Below are positions 1-13,152 of a stretch of DNA of 64,000 bases, piece after piece. Position numbers and translations under genes: made by a program. The stretch is from Octopus vulgaris (lineage: Eukaryota): assembly GCA_951406725.2 (NCBI GenBank), contig OX597817.1, positions 99,758,001 to 99,822,000 of the forward strand, written 5' to 3'. The notes beneath the pieces were generated by a model, which had not been told where the DNA came from, did not search any database, and saw only the letters and a list, made by a program, of their open reading frames with translations. How positions within the stretch are numbered: position 1 is the first letter of the stretch; each line of letters opens with the position of its first letter.

Positions 1-409
1 TAAAAATACCACATGAACATGACATCCCAAATAGAACAAAAAAAAAAAAAGAATAAAGATTACAGTAAAATCTGCACAATAAAAAACATTTCAATCATAA
101 AATTCTGAAAATATTCTGCTTATCGTTACCATTTATAGAAGTACCACACAAACACGATATTCCAAATAGAACAAAATAAAAGCAAAACAGAGATTAAAAT
201 TTGCACAGTTGAAATATTACAAATAAGAAAACATATTTTAATCTTCAAATCCTGAAAATATTTCACATTATTACCCTTTGCAAAAATTTCACATAGATAT
301 GATAACACAAACGTTACAATTAAATTACAAGGAAAAAGACTAATAAGTGTGCAAATATTAAACATATGAGAATAATGCAAATAGTTCACTCTTCAAATCC
401 AAAAAACTG

Positions 410-2124
410 ACTGCAGTCATCCATAGTCCCAAAACCAGAAAAATCATCAGGGTCACCAATACTGTCCAAAGTGTCCCTATCTTCAAACAGAATGTCATAT
501 TTTGTGCCATCTAATGCATTATTGGTGCCACATTTTTAAAAAGATTTTACTGCTACTTCAATTTTCCCAGCATTCCATGATATCAGGACCCACTTGCACA
601 CTTGAGCAATTGTTGGCCTTTAAAAACAATTTGTTGGTGTTAGGTAATTTTCCTTGACTCTCACCCACTGATTCTACCCTTCTCTCATAAATGCCTTAAA
701 AGGCTTGTTGATTGATATGTCCAGTGGTTGTAATTGGCTTGTTAAATCACCAGGGAACTGCCATTTTCGTAGCCTTTGTTTTGTGGACACAAAACTGGTC
801 TCACACAAGAAGGGATGCTTTTTTATCCATGCTGGTAGCACGTAAAAAGCACCATTTGAGCGTGATCATTACCAGAGCCACTTTACTGGCACTTGTGTTA
901 GTGGCACGTGAAAAAATATTTGAGTGAGGTCATTGCCAGTGCTGCTGGACTGGCTCCTGTGCAGGTGGCATGTAAAAAACACCATTTGGGCGTGGCCATT
1001 GCCAGTACTGCCTGACTGGCCCTCATGCCGGTGGCACGTAAAAGCACCCACTACACTCTCGGAGTGGTTGGCATTAAGTAGGGCATCCACCTGTAGAAAC
1101 TCTGTCAGATCAGATTGGAGCCTGGTGCAGCCATCTGGTTTGCCAGTCCTCAGTCAAATTGTCCACCCCATGCCAGCATGGAAAGAGGACATTACACGAT
1201 GATGATGTCACCAGAATGCCTTGACCAGACATTATCTAGTCATAACTTCACTCCCTCTTCATCTATCCACCTCTGTTGGTGGACATGAACAAAAATTCCA
1301 CATGGAATTTTGTCTTTTGGTAAAGTTTTTCTCTTGAAAATAAGCAGCAGTGGCAGTTTTGTTTCATCAGCACAACACGATAGTACCACAGTATATTGGG
1401 TTTTCTCATGTCCAGATGTCTTTACACTTACAGTTTTGAACCCTTTAACATCTACTGTTCTATTTGATACCACATCAAATGTTAGTGACACCTCATCCAT
1501 GCTTCTGATCTGACCCACTTCATAGTCAGTCTTTCTTGCACTGATTGATAATTATCAACCTATGAAATTAGATTATTTTGTTATCATAATCTTCAGGCAT
1601 TTTTGTGCTATTCTTGTTTTCATTCTCATTGCCTGTCCATGCCTCTTCATAAATCTATAACACCAGCTTGATGTTCCATGAAAATCCTCCAGACCCTGTG
1701 CTGCTGTCCTCACTTTTGATTCGTTAATAACCATTTTTATTGATACTGCAAGACCCGAATTTCTCTCCGCAACTATTCACTCTTTCATCTCTTGCTCCAG
1801 TTCTGGCTACTTAGCTGCAGTCTGATGCAGGTTACGTTTAAGTCTTGATGCATGCTTCAACAAGTCCTCTTGTTTCTCCCAGTAGTGGATCATTTTCTCA
1901 GTTGGTGGTATTCCAAAATGCTACTCTGCAGCCCTATTGCCATGCTGTTTGGCATATTCAATCACTTGTATCTTGTAGCCAATTGTGTAAGAGTATCTTC
2001 TGCTTAAGGTTGACATAACAGTTGTGCTAAAAGATTTAAGTAAAATCTTCTGAAGTTCAGGATCACTCCTAACGTCAGCAGGTCTAGGTTTGAACTGGTT
2101 AAGACCATAGCTTTCAGAGATCAA
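410..2124 (-). mobile_element. Decayed pogo-family DNA transposon (POGK-like: Brinker-type DNA-binding N-terminus plus DDE_1 transposase), interrupted by an RTE 3' tail
   Basis: Minus-strand fragments RRYSYTIGYKIQVIEYAKQHGNRAAE (1921-2124), MDEVSLTFD...TSGHEKTQYTVVLSCCAD...LLIFKRK (1240-1518) and PGDLTSQLQPLDISINKPFKAFMRE (~690-760). Many stops and frameshifts. Confidence 0.85.
810..1208 (+). mobile_element. 3' UTR fragment of an RTE-type LINE ending in (GAT)n, inserted in the pogo element
   Basis: ~60-bp subrepeats (gactggctcctgtgc...ggcacgtaaaaagcacc) and a gatgatgat tail, matching the UTR that follows RTE coding sequence at 4900-5381. Confidence 0.75.
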
Positions 2125-2578
2125 GGAGAAAGCCTATGTTGCTGTCTGAACACAACATGTTTCATCACAGAGAGTGAGTAAGGGATGAATGAACGCAGCA
2201 CGTTTCATTACAGAAAATTAGCAATTACGATAGTATTGTTATTAATATTTGCTTGTAAACTCTTTTAACATACCAAGTTTTACTTCTTTGGTCACTTAAT
2301 AATGTTCCCCTAAATTCAGGTTGTGTGAAGAGAGTGACAATACTGGCAATATAGATACACATGTAAAATATCACTCGTCAGTTGCCTCATCTAACATACA
2401 CTGCCCATGCGGGAATGAATTTTTGTGATTGTATATATTTAAAAAATTTTTTATGATACTTTTGTTTATTTACTACTTTAACAAAGTATAATTTATACAT
2501 TTTACTGAGCAGTCATATACAGGGGTTCAGATTACTGTCAAGCATACATAATTTACCCATTGCACCCCATACATATAT

Positions 2579-3694
2579 ATGGGGTGCAATGGGTAAATTG
2601 TTGCCACTTTATATTTTTAATTTCACGCATGCACATTGTTTGTTTTTGATTTTGTCAACTACACAGTATAGTAGGGTCAGTTGGGCATCATCTGTGAGAA
2701 AAACAGCACCATGATGTAATTCACTCATGACGCAATTCACAATTTGGAAACGACATGAGTACTACTTGGCATTTGCACCAGAAGCTCCAATACAAACATT
2801 TCAGAGTGTTTGGGTGTCATTCTGAGGATAGTGCAGAGGATTCGGAAAGAGTTGGATAAGTCTAATTGTGATTATACAGGTATGGCAGCTCAGAAAACTC
2901 ATTCTGATAAGAAAAGAACTCCGGAATTTGTTGGTGAGATCCAGCAGGGACATGGGAGTGTCTGAGTTTCTTATCGGGCAGGTAGTGCATGAAGACATTC
3001 AGCATTCCTCATACAAGATGAGAAAGGGCCAATTTTTAGCCCAAGCCATCAAGGACAAGAGGAAATACCATGCTACAAAGCTTTTGAACAAACTCAAGCA
3101 TCCCCTGCAACTGAACGTGCTTTGGTTTTTCTCAGACAAGAAAAAATTCTGCCAGGATCAGATGGTGAACACGCAGAACAACCGTCAACTTGCCGTGCCC
3201 CAAAACATGTACTGAAAGTGATAAAAATCAAACATCCAGTCAACCTCATGGTTTGGGGAGTGATCATAAGTGATGATGACATTATGCCTCCATTCATCTT
3301 CACACACGGTCTCAGACTCAACACAGAGGCCTACATCACCCCTAACATCTGACCACCTAACTCCCCAGACTACAAACCCCTTGATTATTATGTGTACAGC
3401 ACAGTTGAGGGAGAGACCAACAAAACTTCTTGTAACAACAAAGATGAACTGACGGCAAGGATTATGGCAGCATTCACCAACTTAAACAAGGAGACTGTCC
3501 AAAAGAGCTGCAGGAGATTCTGAAGTCATCTGAAGGGCATGGTTATAGCCAATGGCGATTTTATTGAATAAAGTTAATCTTTAGTATTCCAAGATATCTT
3601 AATGTAATTTTGGTAAATATATCTGTTAAAATGAGATATCAGTGTTATTATAATTTTTGCGTACTTTAGACAACGATGTATTCACCGCAGCCTG
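2579..3694 (+). mobile_element. Internally deleted maT (DD37D-type) Tc1/mariner element
   Basis: Fragments WFFSDKKKFCQDQMVNTQNNR, KHPVNLMVWGVI and PPNSPD..PLDY. Ends in cctg|TA. Paralog at 28698-29554. Confidence 0.8.
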
Positions 3695-3772
3695 TATATT
3701 GAGGCCCATTATGTGCATGTGTTTATATATATATATATATATATACCAGGTGGTATTAGAAATCTGTGTAGA

Positions 3773-3809
<37 letters not shown>

Positions 3810-3874
3810 AGGTGGTGCTATTAAGTTAGACATGGCCTGGGCCAATAATGGCCGAAACCTATCAAAGTATCAAA

Positions 3875-3924
<50 letters not shown>

Positions 3925-4010
3925 GGAAAGTTTACGAAAATAAACAAAAGACGAAGGCAGGTGGTACAAACAAACAGATGTATTAGTATAGCGCTCAGGA
4001 TTAGGAAAAG

Positions 4011-4053
<43 letters not shown>

Positions 4054-4094
4054 CACACACACACACACACACACATATATATTATATAAGCTGT

Positions 4095-5381
4095 GGACAC
4101 ATAAGAGGTGCAGCAATATCAAAGAAGGCTAACTGGAAAGATAGTTTTGTGTGTGGCAAATGCTCAGGAGCAATAAACACTGAAAATGTGCAGAGAACAG
4201 CTTCCGTCACATTCCAGGGGAAAAAAAAAAACTACAAGTAGTTGATAGCTTCTGTTACCTAGGTGATCAAGTCAGTAGCGGGGTTGGATGCTCTGAAAGT
4301 GTAGCTGCTAGAATAAGAATAGCCTGGGCAAACTTCAGAGTGCTCCTACCTCTGCTGGTGACAAAAGGCCTCTCACTTAGAGTAAAAGGTAGACTGTATG
4401 ACATGTGTACGAACAGCCATGCTACATGGCAGTGAAACATGGGCTGTGACTGCTGAAGATATGTGTAAGCTTGCAAGGAATGAAGCCAATATGCTCCACT
4501 GGATGTGTAATGTCAATGTGCATACATGACTGTGTAAGCACCCTGAGAGAAAAGTTGGACATAAGAAGCATCAGATGTGGTGTGCAAGAAAGATGACTGC
4601 GCTGGTATGGTCATGTGTTGTGAATGGATGAGGACAGCTGTGTGAAAAAGTGTCACAGACTAGCAGTTCAGGGAACCTGTGGAAGAGGTAGACCCAAGAA
4701 GACCTGGGATGAGGTGGTGAAGCATGGCCTTTGAATGTTGAGCCTCTCCAAGACAATGACTAGTGACCGAGATCTTTGGAGATATGCTGTACTTGAGAAA
4801 ACCCAAAAGGCCAAGTGAGACCATAACCATGGCCTATGCCAGTGCTGCATAACAAGCCCATTTATCAACCCATTTAAGAGTACCCTTCAAACATTGGGCA
4901 ATAATATCCGCTTGTGAAGACCTGTTGAGGAAAGTGAAATCGTTGTCATGGCCGATGACAGTACCGCCTGACTGGCACTCATGCCAGTGGAATGTTAAAA
5001 GCAACATTCAAGCATGATCATTGCCAGTGCCACCTGACTGGCTCCTGTGCTGGTAGTACATAAAAACCACCATTTAAGTGTGGTTGTTGCCAGCATTGCC
5101 TGACTGGCTCCTGTGCAGGTGGCACATAAAAAGCACCATTCGAGCATGGTCAATGCTAGTACTACCTGACTGGCTCTTGTGCTGGTGGCACATTAAAGCA
5201 CCTACTACACTTCCGGAGTGGTTGGCATTAGGAAGGGCATTCAGCTGTAGAAACTTTACCAATTCAGATAGGAGCCTGGTGCAGCCTTCTGGCTCACCAA
5301 CCCTCAAGTCAAGCCATCCAACCCATGCTATCATGGAAAGCAGACATTAAATGGCGATGATGATGATGATGACGATGATGA
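4095..5381 (+). mobile_element. 5'-truncated RTE-type LINE (ORF C-terminus, 3' UTR, (GAT)n tail)
   Basis: VVDSFCYLG...RIRIAWANFRVLLPLL...LHGSETWAVT...LRWYGHV...GRGRPKKTW motifs with stops, then a subrepeated UTR and (gat)n. Confidence 0.85.
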
Positions 5382-5694
5382 TATATACATATATATAGTA
5401 AAATGAGGATTCAGATAGAATCAGGTTTTCGAAAAGGTATGCATCAGGTAGGGTTGAGTAATCTCTGTGGTTTTGGCCTATGGTTGGTGAGAGTTGAAAT
5501 ATCGGATAGGATATTTCAGTTGTGTACACAAAGAAAACCAACCCTATGAGTATTTAGCGCCTAAGGGGCTGGTCCAAATCACACATTACTTTGAATAGTA
5601 CATTGTTGGTATACTCTAGGGTGTCTGACAAGTCATAAAATCTCTTGGTGTAATATAATCAAATGACTAATAACATACGATTGACAATTGTCAG

Positions 5695-5771
5695 CTCATT
5701 TCAGCTGTTTCTTATGTAATAGAAGAATGAGAACATTACATCATTATAAAAGACCGTAATCATCAGATGAG
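5695..5771 (-). ncRNA. Degenerate type I hammerhead ribozyme motif
   Basis: Minus strand: ctcat-CTGATGA-stem II-GAAAC-AGCT-GAA-atgag. Stem I is perfect, but the cleavage triplet reads GAA instead of GUH. Confidence 0.55.
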
Positions 5772-6081
5772 AAGTAATTTTACAAAACAAAAGAATATCC
5801 CAAGAATACAGCAGGGATATGGCTAGAGTCTATCGAGGCCAACTATGAAACAGTAGAATGACTAACTATGTTGCCTGTTTAAGTTAAGAATGCAGTTCTT
5901 GAAAGTGTGTAATATGATATCTAAGGTCAGTGATTCAGGTGAGAAGGAGTCTGCTAGACTAGATTATGGGCAGACTGGAGTGGAGTGTAGGAGATAATTT
6001 ATTATAGTAGGATTAGAGTAGCAGGAAGTAAGGAGAGGTCATAAAACAATTAAGGATACGGGGGGGGGGGGAAATGATAAA

Positions 6082-6594
6082 TCTATATATATAAAACTGT
6101 AGTTGTGTGAGTGTCTGTCCCCTTCGATTTAGATTCCTAACTACTCCCGCATTTTGCGGTGCAGTTTAACCAAATTCGGGTATCTTATAGTCGTGATTCA
6201 TATCGAGCCCGTCTGAGTATTAGCTAGCGTCTACGATGAGTCTACGATTTTAAAAATAATTTAACATCATTTTTTATTCCATTTTAATGCATAATTTTTC
6301 GTGTGTCGATGGCGGCGGAGTTGGCGTCCATGGTCACACCTGCACCTGTTTGCTTCTCCCCCTTATTCCCTCCCTCGTGAAGCTGTGGGGAAGGGAGTGT
6401 AAGGAAATCAACGTAGTAAAGCGTTGTCAAGGAGACCAGCGTTCTTTTAGAACAACGACTTCATGACTTGAAGATACCAAAACAGAAATGGCTAAGAAAG
6501 CCCGAATTGGCATCTATAAGGGAAGTAACTCTCTACAAATGCTTATATAGTTATTTCCCTTACAAACCCGAGCAACGCCGGGCGATACTGCTAG
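6082..6594 (+). mobile_element. Non-autonomous Helitron
   Basis: 5' TC (tctatatatataaaa), 3' hairpin cccgagcaacgccggg then CTAG, inserted between A and T with no TSD. Close inverted copy at 27820-28332. Confidence 0.85.
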
Positions 6595-7189
6595 TCAAAT
6601 ATAAGGGTAAAGGAAAAATAAAAAAAATAAAAGCATATAAGTCAATCAGATATAGGGTCAGGGCATAGGAATCTCTAGCTAATGGTAAATGACCAAGGGA
6701 AAGGGACAGAGAAACAGAAATTTAGGGATATTCAGTGGATATTGGTTGAAAGCAGGGGTGGGGTATGAAGGTCATCAAATAAAATCAACTATTTATGGAT
6801 TTGAAGTTATAGTAAAGTAGAGTGCTACCTATCAATAAGGAGTTTAAAGAATTTAAAGAAGGATGAGGCTATATAATGAACTACACATAGTACAGAGTTA
6901 GAGGAGATAGGAGATCCAATATCAAGGAAAGCCAGCAGTAGGCAGTAGTCTAATGATGCAGAAACTGATAATCTCTTGCTACCTTTGCTGTCAGAAATGC
7001 AGTGAAACTGATTTAACCAACAAAACTCTTGTTCACAAACTGGGCTATATAACAAGCAAAATAGATAAACAAACAACTGTCTCAGCTATATCCAATATCT
7101 ATCTCTATTACCATTTACTCACTATTATCTACACAACATTGTAGCATCGATTTGAAACTTAACTGCTAGATACTCGGTCAGACACCACA

Positions 7190-8325
7190 AGTGAACTACC
7201 ATAGTTTCACATGATCAGTCAATGAATTGGTCAATCAACATCAGTTTGTGGCATGATATGTTTTTCTTGATTGCTCCAGAACCTCTTGTCCTTTATAAAA
7301 ACTATCTGGCACATAGCTTAGAGCAATGATAGCTAACAGACCTCTGTCACCATGGAGATTTGTGTAGATGACTTCATGTATTTTTGGACTGACCATGTTG
7401 TCACACAGATAGCTTTCTATAATTTCAGAGCATTTTTTCTTCTTCCCAGTCAGCAGTTATAAATATTGTTCATTGTAAACAGCCAACACCAAATATCTTC
7501 ATGTCCAGCAATAAATATTCAGTTAAATGTTCATGGGTTTATTTCAGTTATAATTCACACAGCCAACAAAATATATATCTTTATTGATCAGTTCAAATCG
7601 AGTGACAGCAAGCATCCAGTGACATCATTATGATTGCCATCATTTTAGTTATTCTTTCAATAAATATTGATTTCTAATATCAGATAAGGCCACAACTTTT
7701 ATTGGGGGCGGGGAACGGTTAGTTAAAATATTTCCATTATTTGAAAGTACTTATTTTATCAACTTCTGAAGGACGAGAGACAAAGCTAACTCTGATATGA
7801 TTTGAATTCAGAATACCAAAGTTGTGTGACATTCTACCTTCTCTGCCAAACCACTGCCCTCATTTTTATATCAAATATTGGTGTGGCAAAGTGGCTTAAT
7901 TGCTTGAGTAGCAAAGAAATGAAGGTATATTTTGTTAGCTGCATGAATAATAACTGAAGTAACTTGCAAACATTTAACTGAATATTTATTCCTGGACATT
8001 TGGTGTTGAGTATTTACAATGAACAATATTAATAATTCCTGGCAGGAAGAGATGTTGACTTATGAGACATTATGTGAATGTTCAGTTTGGTTAGTCTGAG
8101 AACCTGAAGTTTTCTGTGCAAGAGTCTAGAATTATCAGTGTAGCAGAGTGAGGTGTATGTTGGTTGGCTGCCTTCAACAATGTGATTAAAAAAGCACCAA
8201 AAGTGGTTCTTATGGGAGACCAGAAGCCAAATTCAAGAACGTCTGAGAAAACTATATCATGCTACAGCTTCACTTTCATCATTTGATTAATAGACTGATC
8301 ATATGAAACTATGGTGGTTCGATTG
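7190..8325. repeat. Old inverted duplication (arms ~7190-7570 and ~7915-8325) with hammerhead relics at the outer ends; SINE remnant between the arms
   Basis: tttggtgttg..tttacaatgaacaatatt and aacatttaactgaatatttatt occur in opposite orientations in the two arms. Both outer ends carry GAAAC-TATG-GT(A/G)-gttc. Confidence 0.6.
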
Positions 8326-8371
8326 TAGTATCTGACCAATTATCTAGAGGTTAGGTTTCAAATCACTGCTC

Positions 8372-8585
8372 TGTTGGTTTCAAATTTTGTCACAAGGCTA
8401 GCAACTTGAAGGGAAGGACTAAGTCAATTACATCGACGCCAGTGCTCAACTGGTACTTATTTTATCAACCCTGAAAGGATAAAAGGTAAAGTTAATTTCA
8501 GTGGAATTTGAACTCAGATTGGATGAAATGTTACTAAGCATTTTGCATGGTGTACTAATGATTCTGCCAGCTCACAGCTGCCTTA
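8372..8585 (-). mobile_element. Decayed tRNA-derived SINE (same family as 43958-44350)
   Basis: actggtacttattttatcaaccctgaaaggat...ggaatttgaactc matches the reverse complement of the SINE body and B-box. Confidence 0.7.
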
Positions 8586-9825
8586 TACCAAATATTAACT
8601 AATGAATATGGTTGATAGTATAAAATATTATGTTGTTTAGCTCCAGTTCAATCTTGACTTTGTCAACTAATGAACATATTGTCCTCTCAAGCATTGTGCA
8701 TCTAGGATCACATCAGCCAATGTCCTTTTTAAATTTAGAAGGGAGTAATTTTATAGAGATTTGGCTATTATTTCTTACAAGTATACATGACTGATGTCAT
8801 CAATATTAACAAGCACATGTAACTGACGATGTCAACATAAATGAGTATATGTGGTTGATAGTCTCAACATTAACGAGTATACGTGATTATTGACATTGTC
8901 AAGGGCATTAATAAACGGCATCAAACAAAAAAATGTGTCGATGACATTATTTATAGGTTCTTGTTATAGATAGTATCACCGTAGCAAATATGTGATTATA
9001 TATTACCAATGTTTTAACAATTTATATAAAAACCACGCAAAACTGAGAGTATCAGTTTTAACATTTACAGTTGACAGATACACCAAGAAAATGAAGCATG
9101 AACATAAACTAGAATAAACAAAGGGAAATTAAAAGAAAAGAATATAAACAGTTAATTTAATAGACAACAATCGGCAAAAGTATGTGAAATTACACGATAA
9201 TTAAGAGGGAGAGTAAGTAAAAAAAAAATGAACTTAGAAAAAGGAAATAAGGCCATTGAAAAGTATGAATGATGATTTCTGGTAATAATAAAATTAAAAG
9301 GAACAAATAGAATCAATGAAAACGAAGAGAAAATTTAAAAAAGAAAACAAAAATTGCGTCAAAAAATGAAAGGAAAAAAGAACGAAGGGTTATACAATTG
9401 TGTATAAAGAGAGGGAGAAAAGGAGACAAAGAGAGAGAGAAGAGAAAAGAGAGAAAGGGAAAGAGAGAACAAGAAAGAAAGATCACATTCTCACTAAATT
9501 GTGTGGGTGTGTGAATGTGGTATGACTTCACAACAGGATGGCCTGAACTAGTTCACTAAGGTATTTCCCTGCTATTATAATAGCTTCCTCCTGTCCAACT
9601 AAACAGCTAAAACGTTACTTACAGTGAAACTCTTCCGCATTGCTTAACAATGGCCGCTAAAGCTGAATGTAAACGTGTGTGTGTGTGTGTGCGTGCGTGC
9701 GTGTGCGTATGAGTATGTGCATTAAACGCACTATACTTCACTGGCGGTGCCCCGGCTTAGCCGTAGCCTCAAGGCTGAAACATGAAAAAATTAAAGAATA
9801 ATTATATTATCCATTTATACACACA

Positions 9826-11640
9826 CAGTAGTCCCCCGGTATTCGCGGGGGTTACGTTCCTAGAGCACCCGCGAATAGTGAAACCCCGAATATTGGACGT
9901 GGTTCATAAAAATGCCTATAAGTGTCTATATATATCTATTATACAAAATCCGTTCTGTCTGTCTCTGTGTGTGTCTTCTAGGATCTCGGACATCCTCCAT
10001 CCGATTGCGCTCAAATTTGAAATGTAGATACCGACGGTATCAAGGCGTGTATAAATCTTGAAAAAAATTACAAAATTCGATTCCAGTTGAGAATGCGATC
10101 GATAAAGCCGCGGGAACGTGCATTTGTACGCGCAAGTACACCAGCTGTTGCGGTCGATACTAAGCGTACACGAGAAAAATGCACGTGCAGTTTGTGCAAA
10201 AAAAAGCCGGCCTGTTTGGTATCTCAAATTTAGGCTAAATCAGTATTTCTCAGAGGGGACGGTCAGACAAGTTGTTTTGAGAAAATTTGGTTTAGATGTT
10301 TGACAACTCAGACGGGGGGGGGGGGGGATTTTTGCTTGTATATATATATATAAAATATTTAATAGTAATTTAATAAAAAAAATAAAGTAAAATGTATGGT
10401 TACTCACCAATAATGAATGATATTGATTTAAGATGATGATGATGAAAATAATAAAGTTAATGACTGCACAGCAAAGAAGATTTAAAGCTCTTCGGGTGAC
10501 GCCTCTTCATCAGGTGTTCTAGGAGATGTCGTATCTTCGTGCAAGGCTTTTTTAGTGGCCTTGGGAGAAATTGTGATAGAAAGTTGCTGTCGTTTCTTCA
10601 TGGTGGTGAGGAGAGTTTTATATATCTGCATAGCAGCATCAATGGCATTTTTAAATTGGAGAGACCGAACTATATAGGGATCCCATGCTTCTGCCTTCCC
10701 TTGCAATTCCTTTGCTTTCCTTAAAAGGTCGGGCAGATGTTCAACTGCCAGGCCCACCTCATCCTCCTCTTTGCTTACAGACTCCGTTAACTCCAACAAA
10801 TCTTCGTCTGTCAGGGTTTCAGAGTGGGTGTCGATGAGGTCATTAACCTCATCTTATGTGATGTCGTCAAAACCTTCGCCACCAAGTACCTTGGCCAGTT
10901 TCACCGCATTGTTGACAGCTTCGTGCTGAATATCTTCAGGTGAGAAGCTCTCATAGTCCTGGCCACACTCTGGCCACACATTCGTCCAGCATGCGATGAG
11001 GGTTTCTGTTTTCATGTCTTTAAGTGCAGTGTGCGGTCATAAAGTTACACCAGTATTCCTTTAACTTGAAATTCTCGTCTGAATCCATTGCGTCAACAAG
11101 GTGTTTGAGAGTTTCGAGTGTAAAGTGCCTTGAAGGCACGGATCACGCCTTGATACATTGGCTGGACGAGGGGGTGGTGTTGGCAAGGAGGAACTCGACT
11201 TGGACTCCTTCGTGATTCAGATCCAAAGGGTGACCACCAGCATTATCCATAACAAGCAACACCTTGAATTCCATGTATACGTTTTGGACATATTCCTTGG
11301 ATTGAGGGATGAAGCATTGGTGAACCAATTCAAAGTTAAACATTTGGTAATTCAGGTCTTGGGGGTTGTGCATCCAGTGGACAAGAAGCAGGTTATAATT
11401 CTTATTTTTGAAGGCCCTCAGGTTCGCGGATAAATCCTGGTTTCATCATGAAGCCAGCAGCATTGCCACACATAATTAGCATCACTTTGTCCTTCTGTGC
11501 CTTAAATCCTGGGGTTCTAGCTTCATCCTTCATGATGTACGTTCTGGAAGCCATCTTCTTCCAGAACAAACCAATCTCAACCATATTGAAAACTTGTTAC
11601 GGCTTGTATCCCTTGTTCTCGCTGATCTGCCTGATCTTTC
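9826..11640 (-). mobile_element. Tigger/TIGD-like pogo transposon, one end missing, transposase decayed
   Basis: TIR-like cagtagtcccccggtattcgcg at 9826. Fragments GLFWKKMASRTYI..PGFKAQKDKV..CGNAAG and KVLLVMDNAGGHP..VEFLLANTT. Confidence 0.85.
9935..10338 (+). mobile_element. Probable non-autonomous Helitron nested in the Tigger-like element
   Basis: Starts A|TCTATTATACAAAA followed by a (ctgt)-rich tract like the other Helitrons. Ends CTTG|T (variant of CTAG). Confidence 0.55.
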
Positions 11641-11842
11641 TTGTCTCCTTTCAATTGATCATTCTTCACAAGCCTTCTAGCAGTTCATAACAACTGAATA
11701 TTCTGAATATTCTTCAGTCAGTTGATAAACTCTACTACCTTAATGTTCTTAAAATTTAAATCGACATCTTTGTCTATATATCTACCTTCTCTATAATGTT
11801 ATCAATTGATATGAAAATTATGTATTAATGGAAAACCTCTAT

Positions 11843-11929
11843 TAATTGCTGATGATTGCTCAACATTTTAAAACTGTTGTAATACAACATTTAATAAAAT
11901 GATGTAGCGTGAAACGATCGTACCAAATT
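11843..11929 (+). ncRNA. Type I hammerhead ribozyme motif with intact core
   Basis: CTGATGA at 11849-11855, GAAAC-GATC-GTA at 11911-11922. Imperfect stem I (taattg / ccaaatta). (TA)n begins ~40 bp downstream. Confidence 0.7.
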
Positions 11930-11959
11930 ACCAAAGTTATTCTTGTTGCTTATTTTGAT

Positions 11960-12443
<484 letters not shown>

Positions 12444-12517
12444 CATAGAATATACTTCTGTGTATACATACACAGACACATGTATGTATATGTGTGTATT
12501 TATGTGTATGTGTGTGT

Positions 12518-12770
12518 GGAGGGGTGTGGCTTAGTATGCTGGATTCATGATCATAAGATTGTGATTTCAATTCTTGGAGCAGGTAGTGCACTGTGTTCTT
12601 GAACTAAACACTTCATTTTACATTGTTCCAGTTCATTCAACTGATAAGAATGAGTAATCTTGCACCAGATCAGCATCCCATCCAGGGTGGGGTGGGCAGT
12701 GGGAGAGGAATAATATACCCTACAGAAACCAGGAAACCGGCCTTATGAGTCTATATCACTCAGAAAAAAA
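12518..12770 (+). mobile_element. tRNA-derived SINE
   Basis: A-box-like gtggcttagt and B-box-like gatttcaattc, followed by the body gtgttcttgaactaaacacttcatttt shared with 46745-47080. Confidence 0.7.
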
Positions 12771-12829
12771 AGCTTCATGATTTGTATATGTATTTGTGTG
12801 TGTGCGTGCATTATACATATGTATGTCCC

Positions 12830-13141
12830 ATATTACAATAAATGCAAACAAACTATTGTTTGCTTTTTAGAAGCATTGAGATGTATTGTAAGATACAGAT
12901 AAGGAAATAATTAATTGTCAAATGCAGAAATGCTGATAGAACAGCAGAGACGGGATAAAATAGCCATATAAAGTGGAAAAAATTGTCAGCAGACCAGTAA
13001 TCAAAGGGATGTAAGTTTGAGTCTCATGGCTGGTTGTTGACAATTTTTTCCACTTTATATGGATATTTTATCCTGTCTCTGCTGTTCCATCAGTGTTTCT
13101 GCATTTGGGAATTATTTCCTTATCTGTATCTTACAATACAT
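12830..13141. mobile_element. tRNA-derived SINE with an inverted partial duplication
   Basis: Arms 12881-12990 and 13036-13141 are reverse complements. The spacer resembles the tRNA-like head seen at 27575-27650. Confidence 0.7.
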
Positions 13142-13152
13142 ACATACATACA

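Noticed and set aside
4950-5210. Regular ~60-bp repeats superficially like a CRISPR array (also 850-1050 and 24460-24625)
   Set aside because: Whole units are homologous with no unique spacers, they lie in an RTE 3' UTR, and the context is eukaryotic with no cas genes.
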